In this document: piece by piece, positions 43,325 through 53,618 of the stretch
Layout of the letters: each line of letters starts with the position of its first letter
How positions within the stretch are numbered: position 1 is the stretch's first letter
Virus record (IMG/VR): IMGVR_UViG_3300010391_000120
Coordinates: 5,065-69,064 of that record
Length of the DNA: 64,000 nt
Direction: 5' to 3' (one strand)
DNA from: a virus
Made by a program: the position numbers and the translations under genes
The notes under the pieces: model-generated
Told to the model about the DNA's origin: nothing
What the model saw: only the letters and a program-made list of their open reading frames with translations
Databases searched by the model: none

Positions 43325-43403
43325 GATGCTGTACCGGACCTTGTTTCCTAAACAGGTAACCGTAATTGGATTTATGTCGGTTCAACTCCGACCAGCATCG
43401 CCA
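43325..43403 (+). tRNA. D-armless tRNA-Arg(CCT)-like RNA with D-loop motif in the variable region
   Basis: GATGCTG/CAGCATC-GCCA, only TACCGG before the anticodon arm ACC(T)TGT-TT-CCT-AA-ACAGGT, then AACCGTAATTGGATTTAT, GTCGG-TTCAACT-CCGAC. Confidence 0.75.
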
Positions 43404-43434
43404 TTTCCATAATCTTCTCTATATTTATTATCAG

Positions 43435-43794
43435 ATGAAAATATCTGATATTAAACCAATCATACTAGAATTGATTTCTGAAACTCTGCCAAAAGAGTTT
43501 GCTTTAATCGTTGGAATTATTAGTATGGATGGCAGTGATATAGAGGCTATTAAAGGGACTAGCACCACTTCTCATAAATCCCTTAAAATGAGGCACGGAT
43601 ACCCGTGGAGATATAATGAATTATCAGATAATCTTTATTGGCGTCAAGAAATGCCACCAGAAAAGCATAGAGAGATGGTTAAAAAGTGGTTGGAAGATAA
43701 AGGATATAAAGTTAGACATGAAATAGATTTAGATAATCTTCCAGCAGGAGAATATCATATTGAAATGTGGAATGATGCTCATGGGCGATACTAG
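43435..43794 (+). CDS. Hypothetical protein with head-protein-like N-terminal leader
   Basis: True start probably ATG 43435 (the ORF-track start overlaps a tRNA); MKISDIKPIILELISE leader; TATTTATT at 43422-29. Confidence 0.55.
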   Translation: MKISDIKPIILELISETLPKEFALIVGIISMDGSDIEAIKGTSTTSHKSLKMRHGYPWRYNELSDNLYWRQEMPPEKHREMVKKWLEDKGYKVRHEIDLDNLPAGEYHIEMWNDAHGRY

Positions 43795-44533
43795 ACCTTA
43801 ATAATTTTTCCTTTAAAAGTACGTTTTCTTCTTCTAATTGTTTTATTTTTTCATCTCTCCACTTTGTAACATTTTTTGAATTTTGACTTTTAGTAACCCA
43901 TTTACAATTTTCAGAAGAATATCCTAAATATGGATTTGTCCTATCTATGGACAATCCTTCTTTATATCCATTATTATCAGCCCATCTTTTAAAATTTGAA
44001 AAATTTTCCCATTCTTTACATACTTTTATTCCCTTTTCTCCATATAAATAATAATTTGAAATATTAGGGTTATTACATCTTTTTAACATTCCAAACCACG
44101 TAGAATATAATTTAGTCCCTGAATATCCATGCTTTAAATTTATACATCTTAATAAATAAGCGGTTTGACACCCACATGATTTGCTTTTTCCTTTTTTGAT
44201 TACATCTGAGTTTACTTCTTTTTCTATTCCACAAACACATTTAACTTTAACAAATGTATATTTTATAGATTTATCAGAATTTACTAATTTTCTAAATGGA
44301 TTAGAAATTATTTCCCAAAAGCCATATTTATCCCCGACTTCCAGATTTTTATAACGTCTTATTTTTCTTTTTTTTATTTTCCCAATATCTCCACATTCTT
44401 TCTTCACAGATTCGCTTTTTATTTCGTTGATAATATCTTTTGCTTCGGATATTCCACTGATTTCTAATTTCTTCTCTGGTTCGGTTAAGTTTTTTTCTTC
44501 CCATATATTATCCAATGTTAATATTTCATTCAT
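43712..44533 (-). CDS. Putative homing endonuclease (HNH/AP2-associated phage family)
   Basis: C.CG...G.SKSCGC, KHG.S.TKLY.TW.GM.KRC.NP...Y..YG.KGI.VC.EW..F.NF..WA..NGY..GLSIDR...GYS.ENC.W. Confidence 0.85.
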   Translation of the reverse strand: MNEILTLDNIWEEKNLTEPEKKLEISGISEAKDIINEIKSESVKKECGDIGKIKKRKIRRYKNLEVGDKYGFWEIISNPFRKLVNSDKSIKYTFVKVKCVCGIEKEVNSDVIKKGKSKSCGCQTAYLLRCINLKHGYSGTKLYSTWFGMLKRCNNPNISNYYLYGEKGIKVCKEWENFSNFKRWADNNGYKEGLSIDRTNPYLGYSSENCKWVTKSQNSKNVTKWRDEKIKQLEEENVLLKEKLLRSSIAHEHHSTFQYDILLLEDYLNLFHV

Positions 44534-44574
44534 GTACTATAATTACATAGTGAAAACAAAAAAAGTGAAAATAA

Positions 44575-45057
44575 TTAAAACAATTCACTAAAATTTAAAA
44601 TATCTTTAATGTAATTAAGAATTTTTTCTTTACTTTCATTAGTCAATTCCTTACATTCTATTTTATGAAAATCAAAAAATTCTTTAAATTCTTTACATTT
44701 TTCATATTCTTTGATATAAATCACTTTTTGTATATCTAACGCAGCAATATTTTGACAACATTTTATACAAGGACTTTGAGTAAGACACATTGTATGACAT
44801 TCTCCCTTAGTTAAAAAGGCACATAAATTTGATTCACAATGAATAAAAAAATCACTTTTTTTCTTTCGATTGTCTTCTAAACACATCCAATTAGGCATAA
44901 TTGCTCCTGGTTTTAATCCATTATAAGATGCTCCTAAAATTCTTCCATCTTTATTTAATGCTATTCCGCCTATTTTTGTAAAAGGGTCCTCGCACCTACT
45001 TTTTGCCATAAGTGCTAATAAGCATCCATATTCCTCAAATGTAAATCTATTTTCCAT
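44575..45057 (-). CDS. dCMP deaminase
   Basis: RCEDP.TKIG, YNG, IHCESN, TQSPCIKC zinc motifs. Confidence 0.88.
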   Translation of the reverse strand: MENRFTFEEYGCLLALMAKSRCEDPFTKIGGIALNKDGRILGASYNGLKPGAIMPNWMCLEDNRKKKSDFFIHCESNLCAFLTKGECHTMCLTQSPCIKCCQNIAALDIQKVIYIKEYEKCKEFKEFFDFHKIECKELTNESKEKILNYIKDILNFSELF

Positions 45058-45132
45058 CTATACAATATCTATCAGGTATGCTAATTTGTCAACACCTATT
45101 GACAAATAAAAAAATGGTGATATACTTTCACC

Positions 45133-47409
45133 ATGAGAATAAAAATTGAAAAAATTGGTGAGGCTCAAGGTGGTTTACCGGCAAATGATAGGCAATTACA
45201 CATTGACGGGCAGATACAAGATGGGAATGTCTCATTGCCCATTAACTACACTGTTGAAGGCGAATTGGCAGGCACTATCGTTGTTGGCAAGCCTGTTGTT
45301 GTGAATAGAGACACTCGTAATGGAGTTAAAGTTCCTGGCATCTTTAACACAAGCGAGGTTCAAACCATAGCACCAAAAGTAAATGGTGGCACTTTTCACA
45401 CTCGTAATTCTGTGTATAATTTTCGATTTTTGGATAAATGATAACTAAAATAGAACATCGAAGGATTTTAGAAGAATACAATGCTCTAATTTCCTACGCT
45501 TCAGGGAAATATCAAGGAATATCTATTCTTCACGATCCTTCTTTGGCAAGAAATCTTGAGTGGCTTCGGGATTCATATGTAGAATTATATGAAAAATGCC
45601 GTAAGTTAAGTAAAAAGAAAAAAAAGCAAATGAGAAAAACCGGTGAACATCTTTTCGTGCCTTGTGGTGGATTGCCACGATGTGCGACTTGTGGTTGTGA
45701 TGAAGATGATGCTTTTGTCGGCGGCGAAAAGTGCTCTTACGATAGACGAAATAAATGAAACCAACAGCAAGAAATACATTTGTAGTAGAAATTGACGCCC
45801 ATTTATCTGATGGCCCTGAACGGAGTGCCGTTAGTAGGTGACTCAATCTCCAACACGCAGGCAAAGAACTGATACCACTCAATGAAAAGTGTTCACAAGC
45901 GCACAAAGACGCGGCATGGCACCTTAATGCTTCTCATAGGATGCGATTGAAATTTAAGATAAACAAACAAGGCCATTGGAAATTTATAAAGATTTTGTGA
46001 AACCAAAGAAAAAATTGAAAAGATTTTCAAGAGCTACGGTGATTGCTTATTATCTATCAATGAATACTCGCAAAAATGCCAGAAAATTTGCGTGGGTAGA
46101 TCGTGGTCCTTACATAATATCAAAGCCTTAATATGACATTTACACAAAAAGATTTTGCTTCTCTCCGCAATTTTCAGAAACGAATGGAGCAGGAGTTTGG
46201 AACAACTGCTTATACTGGAACCGATTATGCTACTATTCTGGTTGATTATTCTACAGAGTTAAAGGATATGATTAGGCCAATGTCTGGTGTTCAACATCTT
46301 AACTTTGTTCTAAAGGTTCTTGGTTGCCGAAGTTGTAAGACAACTAAACAAGCCTTTTTATGCTTGGAAGAACAAGATGATTTTTTGTGTGATACTTGCT
46401 TAGGAAAGAAAAAGAAAGTTAATTTTGAGAATAAAGAAACTTTAAGAGAAACAAATCTAAAACTGCCGGAAGTTAAACCAGAATGATTAAAACGCCGCCT
46501 CCATCCTATCGCTTGGGGGACAATCTTAATTTCTATTTGGGTAATAGAGATCAAATGCTTTGGGTGATAGTTATGGATAATATCAAAGAAGATCTTGGTG
46601 GCAAACCAACAGATGAAGAATGTGAAGCAGAGTTAAAGCGTCTATGTGAACCAAGCGTAAGACACTATCTTGAATGTCAGTGTGCTATTTGTAGATAATT
46701 TAATATGGATACATTAAAAGCAGCTCCGCCGCGGCCGCCGATTGTAACGAAAACATTTGAAGTGTGCTTTGACAAAGAGCCTACTCAAAATGAAATAAAC
46801 TGCCTTCAACAGGAGGCAGGGATCTGGCAAAGTCATAAAGTTATTAAAATATATCCTTCTAAATGCACTACCACAAAAGTTGCCAAGTTTTGGACTCTTA
46901 GTTTTGATGTTGCGGAAACAGACTGGATGTTCTGGTGCGGTTTTCTGGCTGGCAAGAAATGGAGAATAAATGTAGATAATCGAGATGTTCAGTTGAAGGA
47001 AAAGGATAGACAAGCGGGTGAATATGGCGTTCAGATTTAGAGTATGAAAGATGGATACAAACTAATTAAGCAGGTAACGGAATTGTTCAAGCTTGAAGTT
47101 GCTGAAGATTCTTTATTTGGATTGCTGTATCCCACCGATTCGGTATTCTCTTATGGCAGACCAGCACTTTGTGTATATGCCAATGTCAACAATAACATTG
47201 AAGGCAAAGGGCCGTCTTTCTTTGCCTGTATTCATAGTATAGATGATGCTGGTTGTTCTATCTATGGTCCAGCAGAAGAAGTAGAAAAGGCAAAAAAGAG
47301 ATTGGTTGCCTTTGCTGAGTTTCTTCGCAATCTTCAATATGCTTGCCCAACCAAGGATAAACTTAGAGAGTTTTGTAAAGATAACTATTTACAGGAAGAT
47401 TACTGGTAG
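45133..47409 (+). other. Run of short hypothetical early ORFs downstream of promoter 45099-45126
   Basis: Tightly packed 70-120 aa ORFs; includes 45755..46000 with an in-frame TGA at 45839. Confidence 0.55.
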
Positions 47410-47411
47410 AG

Positions 47412-47439
47412 TTGACAAATAAAAAATCCGTGATATACT
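47412..47439 (+). promoter_or_regulatory. Early promoter of the NAD salvage operon
   Basis: TTGACA-16-(TGA)TATACT. Confidence 0.8.
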
Positions 47440-47532
47440 TTTTGTGTAAGTGAAATATACTTATACTTGTAATAACCGAGATACAAATAAGGTTGCTACA
47501 ATCAGAAAACCAAGATAAAGATAAGGTAAATT

Positions 47533-48453
47533 ATGAAAACAAAGTTAGAAACCGCAGAAGTCGGGATTATAATCGGGAGATTCCAGATCCCCGAATTACA
47601 CGAAGTCCACAAAGAAATCATTCAACGAGTTATTGACTCTCACCCCCGAGTTTTGCTATTCATCGGCTTAGCTCCTGATTCTTGCCGATGCACCTATAAC
47701 AATCCTTTAGATTTTGTGACCCGTAGAGCCATGATTCAGAAGGAATACCCCAATATTGAGATTCATTACATTAAAGACCAGCCCGAAGATTCCACTTGGA
47801 GCAAAGATTTAGACACTCAAATCGGCAATTTCACCGGCGTAGGGCAGAAGGTTGTTCTATATGGCGGCCGAGATTCCTTTATCCCCCACTACAGCGGCAA
47901 ATACCCAGTGGTTGAACTGGCCGCTTCTAAGATTGTTTCTGGTAAAGAAATCCGAAAGAATGTTGGTATCAAATCCAAGAATACAGCAGAGTTTCGTGAA
48001 GGCGTTATTTGGGCGGTTGAAAATCAATGGCCGTCTGCTCTACCTACTGTTGATATAGCAATTATTGACAGAAATGGCCGAAGGCTATTGCTTGGAAGAA
48101 AACCAGGTGAAAGCCAAAGGCGTTTTCCAGGCGGTTTTGCCAAAGAAACTTCTTTGTGTTATGAGGATGATGCTAAGAGGGAAACCGCAGAAGAAACCAG
48201 CCTTGAAGTGGACAATATCACTTATTTGGCAAGTTTTAATATAAATGATTGGCGTTATCGTAATGAACGAAACAAGATTAAGACATTGTTTTTCGTTGCC
48301 GATTACATTTATGGTTCTCCTGTAGCAGGTGATGATCTTGCTGAAATTATGTGGGTATCATTTGATGATTTAAGGAAAGTGGATATTCGACCTGGCCACC
48401 GGCCTTTGATTGATTGCCTTATTGCTTGTTTACTCAAAAACAAAATGATGTAA
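47533..48453 (+). CDS. nadM: Bifunctional NMN adenylyltransferase / ADP-ribose pyrophosphatase (NadM-Nudix)
   Basis: IIGRFQ.PELH.VH, NPL.F..R, SG.EIR; Nudix PGGF......E.DAKRETAEETSL, AGDDL. Confidence 0.9.
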   Translation: MKTKLETAEVGIIIGRFQIPELHEVHKEIIQRVIDSHPRVLLFIGLAPDSCRCTYNNPLDFVTRRAMIQKEYPNIEIHYIKDQPEDSTWSKDLDTQIGNFTGVGQKVVLYGGRDSFIPHYSGKYPVVELAASKIVSGKEIRKNVGIKSKNTAEFREGVIWAVENQWPSALPTVDIAIIDRNGRRLLLGRKPGESQRRFPGGFAKETSLCYEDDAKRETAEETSLEVDNITYLASFNINDWRYRNERNKIKTLFFVADYIYGSPVAGDDLAEIMWVSFDDLRKVDIRPGHRPLIDCLIACLLKNKMM

Positions 48454-48460
48454 TAATAAG

Positions 48461-48898
48461 ATGGAATATACAAAGATTACAGTTGCTTGTGCTTTGAAAA
48501 ACGGAAACAAAGTCTGGGTGTCTCAAAGAGTTAATACGCCAAACTTTGCTGGAAAGTGGCAGTTTCCAGGCGGTAAGTGTGATGATTCTGAAAATCCTAT
48601 TAACGCTGCTTTGCGGGAAGTTAAAGAGGAAACAAACTTAGATGTTGATATTAACCGATTGAAATATCTAAAAGGCATCTATAATGACCCGACGACATAT
48701 GCTTGTTATGTTTACTATATTGATTTGAATGATGCTGAGTTTCCGGTTCGCACCGAAAACACAATGACAGATTGGGTGCTTCTTCCTATTGAAGAAGCAT
48801 TGAAAAAAGATTTGATGCCAGGATTAGATAAAGCATTGGAAATGCTTAAAGATCAAAGATACTGGTATTATGGTAAAATGAAAAATGAAAGAAAATAA
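48461..48898 (+). CDS. Nudix hydrolase (MutT-like)
   Basis: GKWQFPGGK.D.SENP.NAALREVKEETNL Nudix box. Confidence 0.9.
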   Translation: MEYTKITVACALKNGNKVWVSQRVNTPNFAGKWQFPGGKCDDSENPINAALREVKEETNLDVDINRLKYLKGIYNDPTTYACYVYYIDLNDAEFPVRTENTMTDWVLLPIEEALKKDLMPGLDKALEMLKDQRYWYYGKMKNERK

Positions 48899-49107
48899 AT
48901 CTGATTACGTTAAACGTATAGTTAAATTGGCACAACAATCTGGAGCTAGTGATGTTCCAACAGGAAGATTGCTTGTTTGTTATAAAGAATGTGGATGGCA
49001 CTATACCGGAACAAATCTTTGTGGTTGGCCATTTGGAAAATGTGATGAACGTATAAAACGGAAGTGAAAAAATAACTCCTAGATACAAGATAAGGAGCGA
49101 AAACAAA

Positions 49108-50640
49108 ATGAAAAACGCAACAAAACGAAAAAAGGCGACACGCAATATTGTAGTGCCGGATGAAGTAATAAACTTAAGCAATCGGCTATTAGCTGATGCT
49201 GCACCAGTTCTAATCAAAACTGGCTGTCTTAGTGAAAACATTTGTTTAATGACGGATTCATATAAAGAAAGTCATTGGCTTATGTTACCTGATAATACTC
49301 AATCTGTTTATTCTTATTTTGAAAGCAGAGTGGGTGCTAAATATCCATATACGGTATTCTTTGGATTGCAAATGCTTTTGAAACGATATTTTTCAGGGAT
49401 TGTAGTAACCCAAAATGATATTGAAGAAGCTGATGCTTTCTGTAAGGCTCATTTCGGTATGGACATCTTTAATAGAAAGATGTGGGAAAAAATCGTAAAT
49501 GTTTATGGTGGTAGATTGCCTTTGATAATTAAAGCTGCTCCGGAGGGATTATCAATACCAATAGGCAATGTAATGATGACTATTGAGAATAAAGATCCGG
49601 ATTGTGCTCCTCTTACAAATTTTGTAGAAAGCGTAATTTCTCAAATTTGGCATGCATCTAATGTGGCAACCATAAGTAGAGATTTAAGAGTATATATGGA
49701 AAGATCTTTTGAAGTAAGTGCCGATACAAAAGATTTATTGCCATTTCTATTACACGATTTTGGACTAAGAGGAATTTCAGGAATTGAACCTGCTGGGATG
49801 GGTGGAGCAGGACATTTGGTAAATTTTATGGGAACTGATACTATACCTGCTATTATTTATGCTCAAAGATATTATAGCGCTAAAATGGTAGGATTTAGTG
49901 TTCCTGCCAGCGAACATAGTATTATGACGGCTCTTGGAGAAGAAGGAGAATTTGAAACTTTCAAGAGATTGATCAAAAAATTCAATAAAGGTATTCTTTC
50001 TCTTGTTTCTGATAGTTACAAAATTACCCGAGTATTGATTGAATATTTACCATTATTGAAAAAAGAAATTCTTGACCGTGATGGCAAATTGATTATTAGA
50101 CCAGATTCGCCAAGAGAAAAAGGTGATACAGCAGCAGCTCAAATTTTATGGATTGCCAATGAATTGGAAAAAATATTTGGTTCCACAATAAATAATAAAG
50201 GATACAAAGTCCTTAATCCAAAAATTGGAATAATTTATGGTGATGGAATAAAGCCTGATGAAATTAAAGAATGTATTAAGACTCTTGTTCTCGCTGGATG
50301 GTCTGCTGAAACCTGTGTTTATGGAATGGGCGGCGGATTATTGCAATCGCATACGAGAGACTTGCAGCGCAATGCATTCAAATGCAGCGCACAAAAAAGA
50401 AATGACCAATGGTATGATGTATTTAAGAAACCTTTAGATTTAACAAAAGTATCTAAAGCCGGAAAACTAAAGTTAATATGGAATGAAGGCGTTCATGGAA
50501 AAGTATTAATTACTGTTCCTGAAAATGACCCGAGAGAAGATGTGCTTCAAGTTGTTTTTGAGAATGGCAAATTAACTAAAGAATACACATTTGATCAAGT
50601 TAGAGAAAATGCCAAAAAGAAATTGCTTAATGAAGTATGA
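49108..50640 (+). CDS. nadV: Nicotinamide phosphoribosyltransferase (NAMPT)
   Basis: TDSYK.SH, YSYFESR, LHDFG.RG, HLVNFMGTDT, SVPASEHS, VSDSY, IRPDS, YGDG, GMGGGLLQ, RD...AFKCS. Confidence 0.95.
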   Translation: MKNATKRKKATRNIVVPDEVINLSNRLLADAAPVLIKTGCLSENICLMTDSYKESHWLMLPDNTQSVYSYFESRVGAKYPYTVFFGLQMLLKRYFSGIVVTQNDIEEADAFCKAHFGMDIFNRKMWEKIVNVYGGRLPLIIKAAPEGLSIPIGNVMMTIENKDPDCAPLTNFVESVISQIWHASNVATISRDLRVYMERSFEVSADTKDLLPFLLHDFGLRGISGIEPAGMGGAGHLVNFMGTDTIPAIIYAQRYYSAKMVGFSVPASEHSIMTALGEEGEFETFKRLIKKFNKGILSLVSDSYKITRVLIEYLPLLKKEILDRDGKLIIRPDSPREKGDTAAAQILWIANELEKIFGSTINNKGYKVLNPKIGIIYGDGIKPDEIKECIKTLVLAGWSAETCVYGMGGGLLQSHTRDLQRNAFKCSAQKRNDQWYDVFKKPLDLTKVSKAGKLKLIWNEGVHGKVLITVPENDPREDVLQVVFENGKLTKEYTFDQVRENAKKKLLNEV

Positions 50641-51559
50641 ATTTATCTTCATTAGATAATTTATTATGAATTTCTATTAACTTATCAAAGTCAATCCAAC
50701 ATTCTCCTCGTTTTTTCAAGTTGACAAAAGCAGGCAATATTTGAAGGTTGCAAATAGATCCTATAATTCTGGGGTCAATTTTTTTCTTGAATCCCTCGCT
50801 TATAGAATATACATGATCTAAATGATAATTTTTTGATCTTGAATATAATTTACACAAATCTTTCTTATATTTGGTAAATGACCTACTGGTATAATTTACC
50901 ACTTTGCGATAATAATTTTCATATTCATTTAATAATTCATTAGTCATTTTTCTACCTGTAGAAATAAGAAATTGCTCAAATTCCTGTGTCTTGCTATAGT
51001 TATCTACTCCATGTTCTTCTATCATTTTTTTCTTATATTTTTTCTTAAATTCGTCAGTTTGATAATAATAAGGCACACCATATTTTTCTAAATAATATTC
51101 TTTTCTTTTGAAGTCTGCTAACTGATACTTGCTAATTCCTAAGAGTGGATCTATATTAAACCAATGATTTCTTAATTTCTCAATGACAGATGGCACTTTA
51201 GAAATATTATTTACCCCATACATTTTCATTAAAGTATTTTTGCTTTTCAATAATATTTCTTGAGATTGCATTGGCCAATCTACCCCAAAGTGTTTCTTAC
51301 AGGTCATTCTTTTTTTCTCTTTAATTTCCGGAATTTGAGAAACATTTTCTACACCATATTTTTTCTTTAATGTAGAAATGATTTTTGATTTTTCTAATTC
51401 TCCATGCAAATTGGATATATGACCATATTTTTTGAGATTGGTTTGTTGTTTAGACTTTAATAAACAATTTTTAGCACCACAAGTTTTTAAGTAAATATTT
51501 TTGCAATTTTTTACCAATTTTTTCTCTCTTATATTACATATTGGACAAATGTTATTCAT
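50627..51559 (-). CDS. Putative homing endonuclease (KKYGV repeats + HNH-like C-terminus)
   Basis: Repeats of T..KKYGV.N.SQ; YHLDHVYSI..GF...IGS..NLQ.LP...N..K. Confidence 0.75.
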   Translation of the reverse strand: MNNICPICNIREKKLVKNCKNIYLKTCGAKNCLLKSKQQTNLKKYGHISNLHGELEKSKIISTLKKKYGVENVSQIPEIKEKKRMTCKKHFGVDWPMQSQEILLKSKNTLMKMYGVNNISKVPSVIEKLRNHWFNIDPLLGISKYQLADFKRKEYYLEKYGVPYYYQTDEFKKKYKKKMIEEHGVDNYSKTQEFEQFLISTGRKMTNELLNEYENYYRKVVNYTSRSFTKYKKDLCKLYSRSKNYHLDHVYSISEGFKKKIDPRIIGSICNLQILPAFVNLKKRGECWIDFDKLIEIHNKLSNEDKFILH

Positions 51560-52115
51560 ACTTCATTCTATATGACTATAAATATAGTTCAATTTCTCAA
51601 AATCGTGAAAAATATAGGGACTTGACATATAGAAAAACTCTGATATACTGGAGATATAAATGGCAGTCAAACTGGCAAAACGAAAACCGAAGTGGCTACA
51701 GAAAATCTCTGCGGATAATGTTGCTTCTGCTAATCGCTCCAGACAAGCCAGATTTGAGCTTGTTTTAGCTAAATTGGAGCTTGAACAACTCATTGAAGGG
51801 CTTAATGACAAATATAACACTAATTTTGATATGAGTGATATATTTTTAATAACTCAAGAAGAAGAGCAACAAGCCATTGATACGGTAGAGGGCGACGAAG
51901 ATGATGATGAATAAGATAAATCCGGCCGCAGTTCATACGCCCAAAGGTTATCGGCGTTTGAAAAGGGGGGAACTTTTGCGTGAAGGAGATTTATTCTTAC
52001 ATTGTATTGATTTGACATGGCAGCCTGTTTGGTCCGTATTCACAATAAACAATTTTTCAAATTGTATTCGCCCAATTAGGCTCTTGGCCGAGCATATTTC
52101 TTATAATGATTTTTT

Positions 52116-52913
52116 ATGAAAATTGGATTGGAATTTGAAGGCGTTATTAGAAGTTATACCACTGGCGAAATTACCCGCTGGTCAAAGATTCCTGATGAGG
52201 CAAGAATGGCTATCAAAAAGGCAATGTTTATTCGCAGGAAAAAAATTGAACCTTGCGATAGATATGACGCTCTTGCTGAAGTTAGAACGCCTCCCATTGA
52301 AAATCCGACAGCAGAGAAGTTGATAACTGCTTTATTTACGGAAATGGAATCCGCCACCAATGCTTTTGTATCCAATGGTTATTTCATTCAGTGGTTTGAG
52401 CAGCCTATTCCTAAAGAGCTTCACGATGAAATACGGCATGACAAAGTTTTGGCAGACCCAGATGGCAAGAAAGATAAGATAACTTATACCATTAAAGATG
52501 GTATAATGACTGAATATAGGAGCGAAGGTAATTTGTTTAGAGGCGGCGGACTTCATATAAATGTTAGTTCAATACCTCAAGTGTTTGCTGCTAGTGTAGC
52601 AGTCGGCTTACATGGTGGCTTACGGCATCTTCGTGAAAAAGGAAAGTTTCAATCTCATTATAGAAACAATCTGCTTTTCAGAATTAAACAGGGGGATGAA
52701 TGTAGTTATTATGGAAAGTTCTTAGAACGCAGCGGCGAGCATGTTGTAGAATATATGTCGCATGGCTTTAATGTTCCAAGTTTGAAAGGTTGGCAGAAAG
52801 AATTGGATCATAGTGTAAATAAAGGAAATGATTTTCCGCCTAAGTTTGAATGGGCTTGGTTTATTGCTAGACATTTACAAAGATATTTTGAATCGGTGAA
52901 GAACTTCAAATAA
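52116..52913 (+). CDS. COOH-NH2 ligase (glutamine synthetase/amidoligase fold), divergent
   Basis: KIGLEFE, LAEVRT.P, RGGGLHIN, FRIK...VEY motifs. Confidence 0.65.
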   Translation: MKIGLEFEGVIRSYTTGEITRWSKIPDEARMAIKKAMFIRRKKIEPCDRYDALAEVRTPPIENPTAEKLITALFTEMESATNAFVSNGYFIQWFEQPIPKELHDEIRHDKVLADPDGKKDKITYTIKDGIMTEYRSEGNLFRGGGLHINVSSIPQVFAASVAVGLHGGLRHLREKGKFQSHYRNNLLFRIKQGDECSYYGKFLERSGEHVVEYMSHGFNVPSLKGWQKELDHSVNKGNDFPPKFEWAWFIARHLQRYFESVKNFK

Positions 52914-53618
52914 TATGATAAACAGACCAACATTATCCTTTTACATAGAATACAAATTAGTAATTAAATCTACAGGGGAAGTTTTGTCGAATCATCAAGT
53001 GCGTGCGAACGGTATAAAAGAATTGAAAAAAGCAATGCGGTATTGGGAAGGAGTAGTCAAAAAGTTTCATGGTAATAAAACCAAAGTTGTTTGGGGCGAT
53101 ACATTTCAAGTATCTAAAATCAAATTATGAAAAATTACCGAATAGGTTTAGATGTAGCTGGTAATATTCAGTTTGTATTAGATATACTAGCTAAAGACTT
53201 CTTTGAAGCAGCAGACGAATGGGCAAGAATTACAGGTCACGAAGGCGAATTATTTGATAGGAAAAAATATACATATTTTGGATGGCATATATTGGTAGTG
53301 AAAGAGCCATCTTTGGAAAGAAAGGATAAATCTAATCCATTTCAATATTGATATGATTACAAGACCACGGTAAAAAATAAATGGTTGTTTGGAACCTGAC
53401 TGGCAAGCGGAAGAAAATCGTTATCCTATTAGATGTATCATTACTAATTTGTTTGCCACTTCGTTAAATGGAATAAACTCTTGTCCATTCTGCGGTAGTG
53501 AGTTTTCTACTCCGCCTCTAAGTAGAGAAGAAGCCGCAATGTCTACCAGACATGGAAGGGGATGCGTTTGGGTAGAAGCATTAAGGCTTTTTGGCGTAGA
53601 AGTTAATCAAAAATAAGA

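Noticed and set aside
45085-45106. TTTGTCAA-CACCTA-TTGACAAA palindrome as an operator
   Set aside because: Explained by back-to-back -35 boxes of divergent promoters
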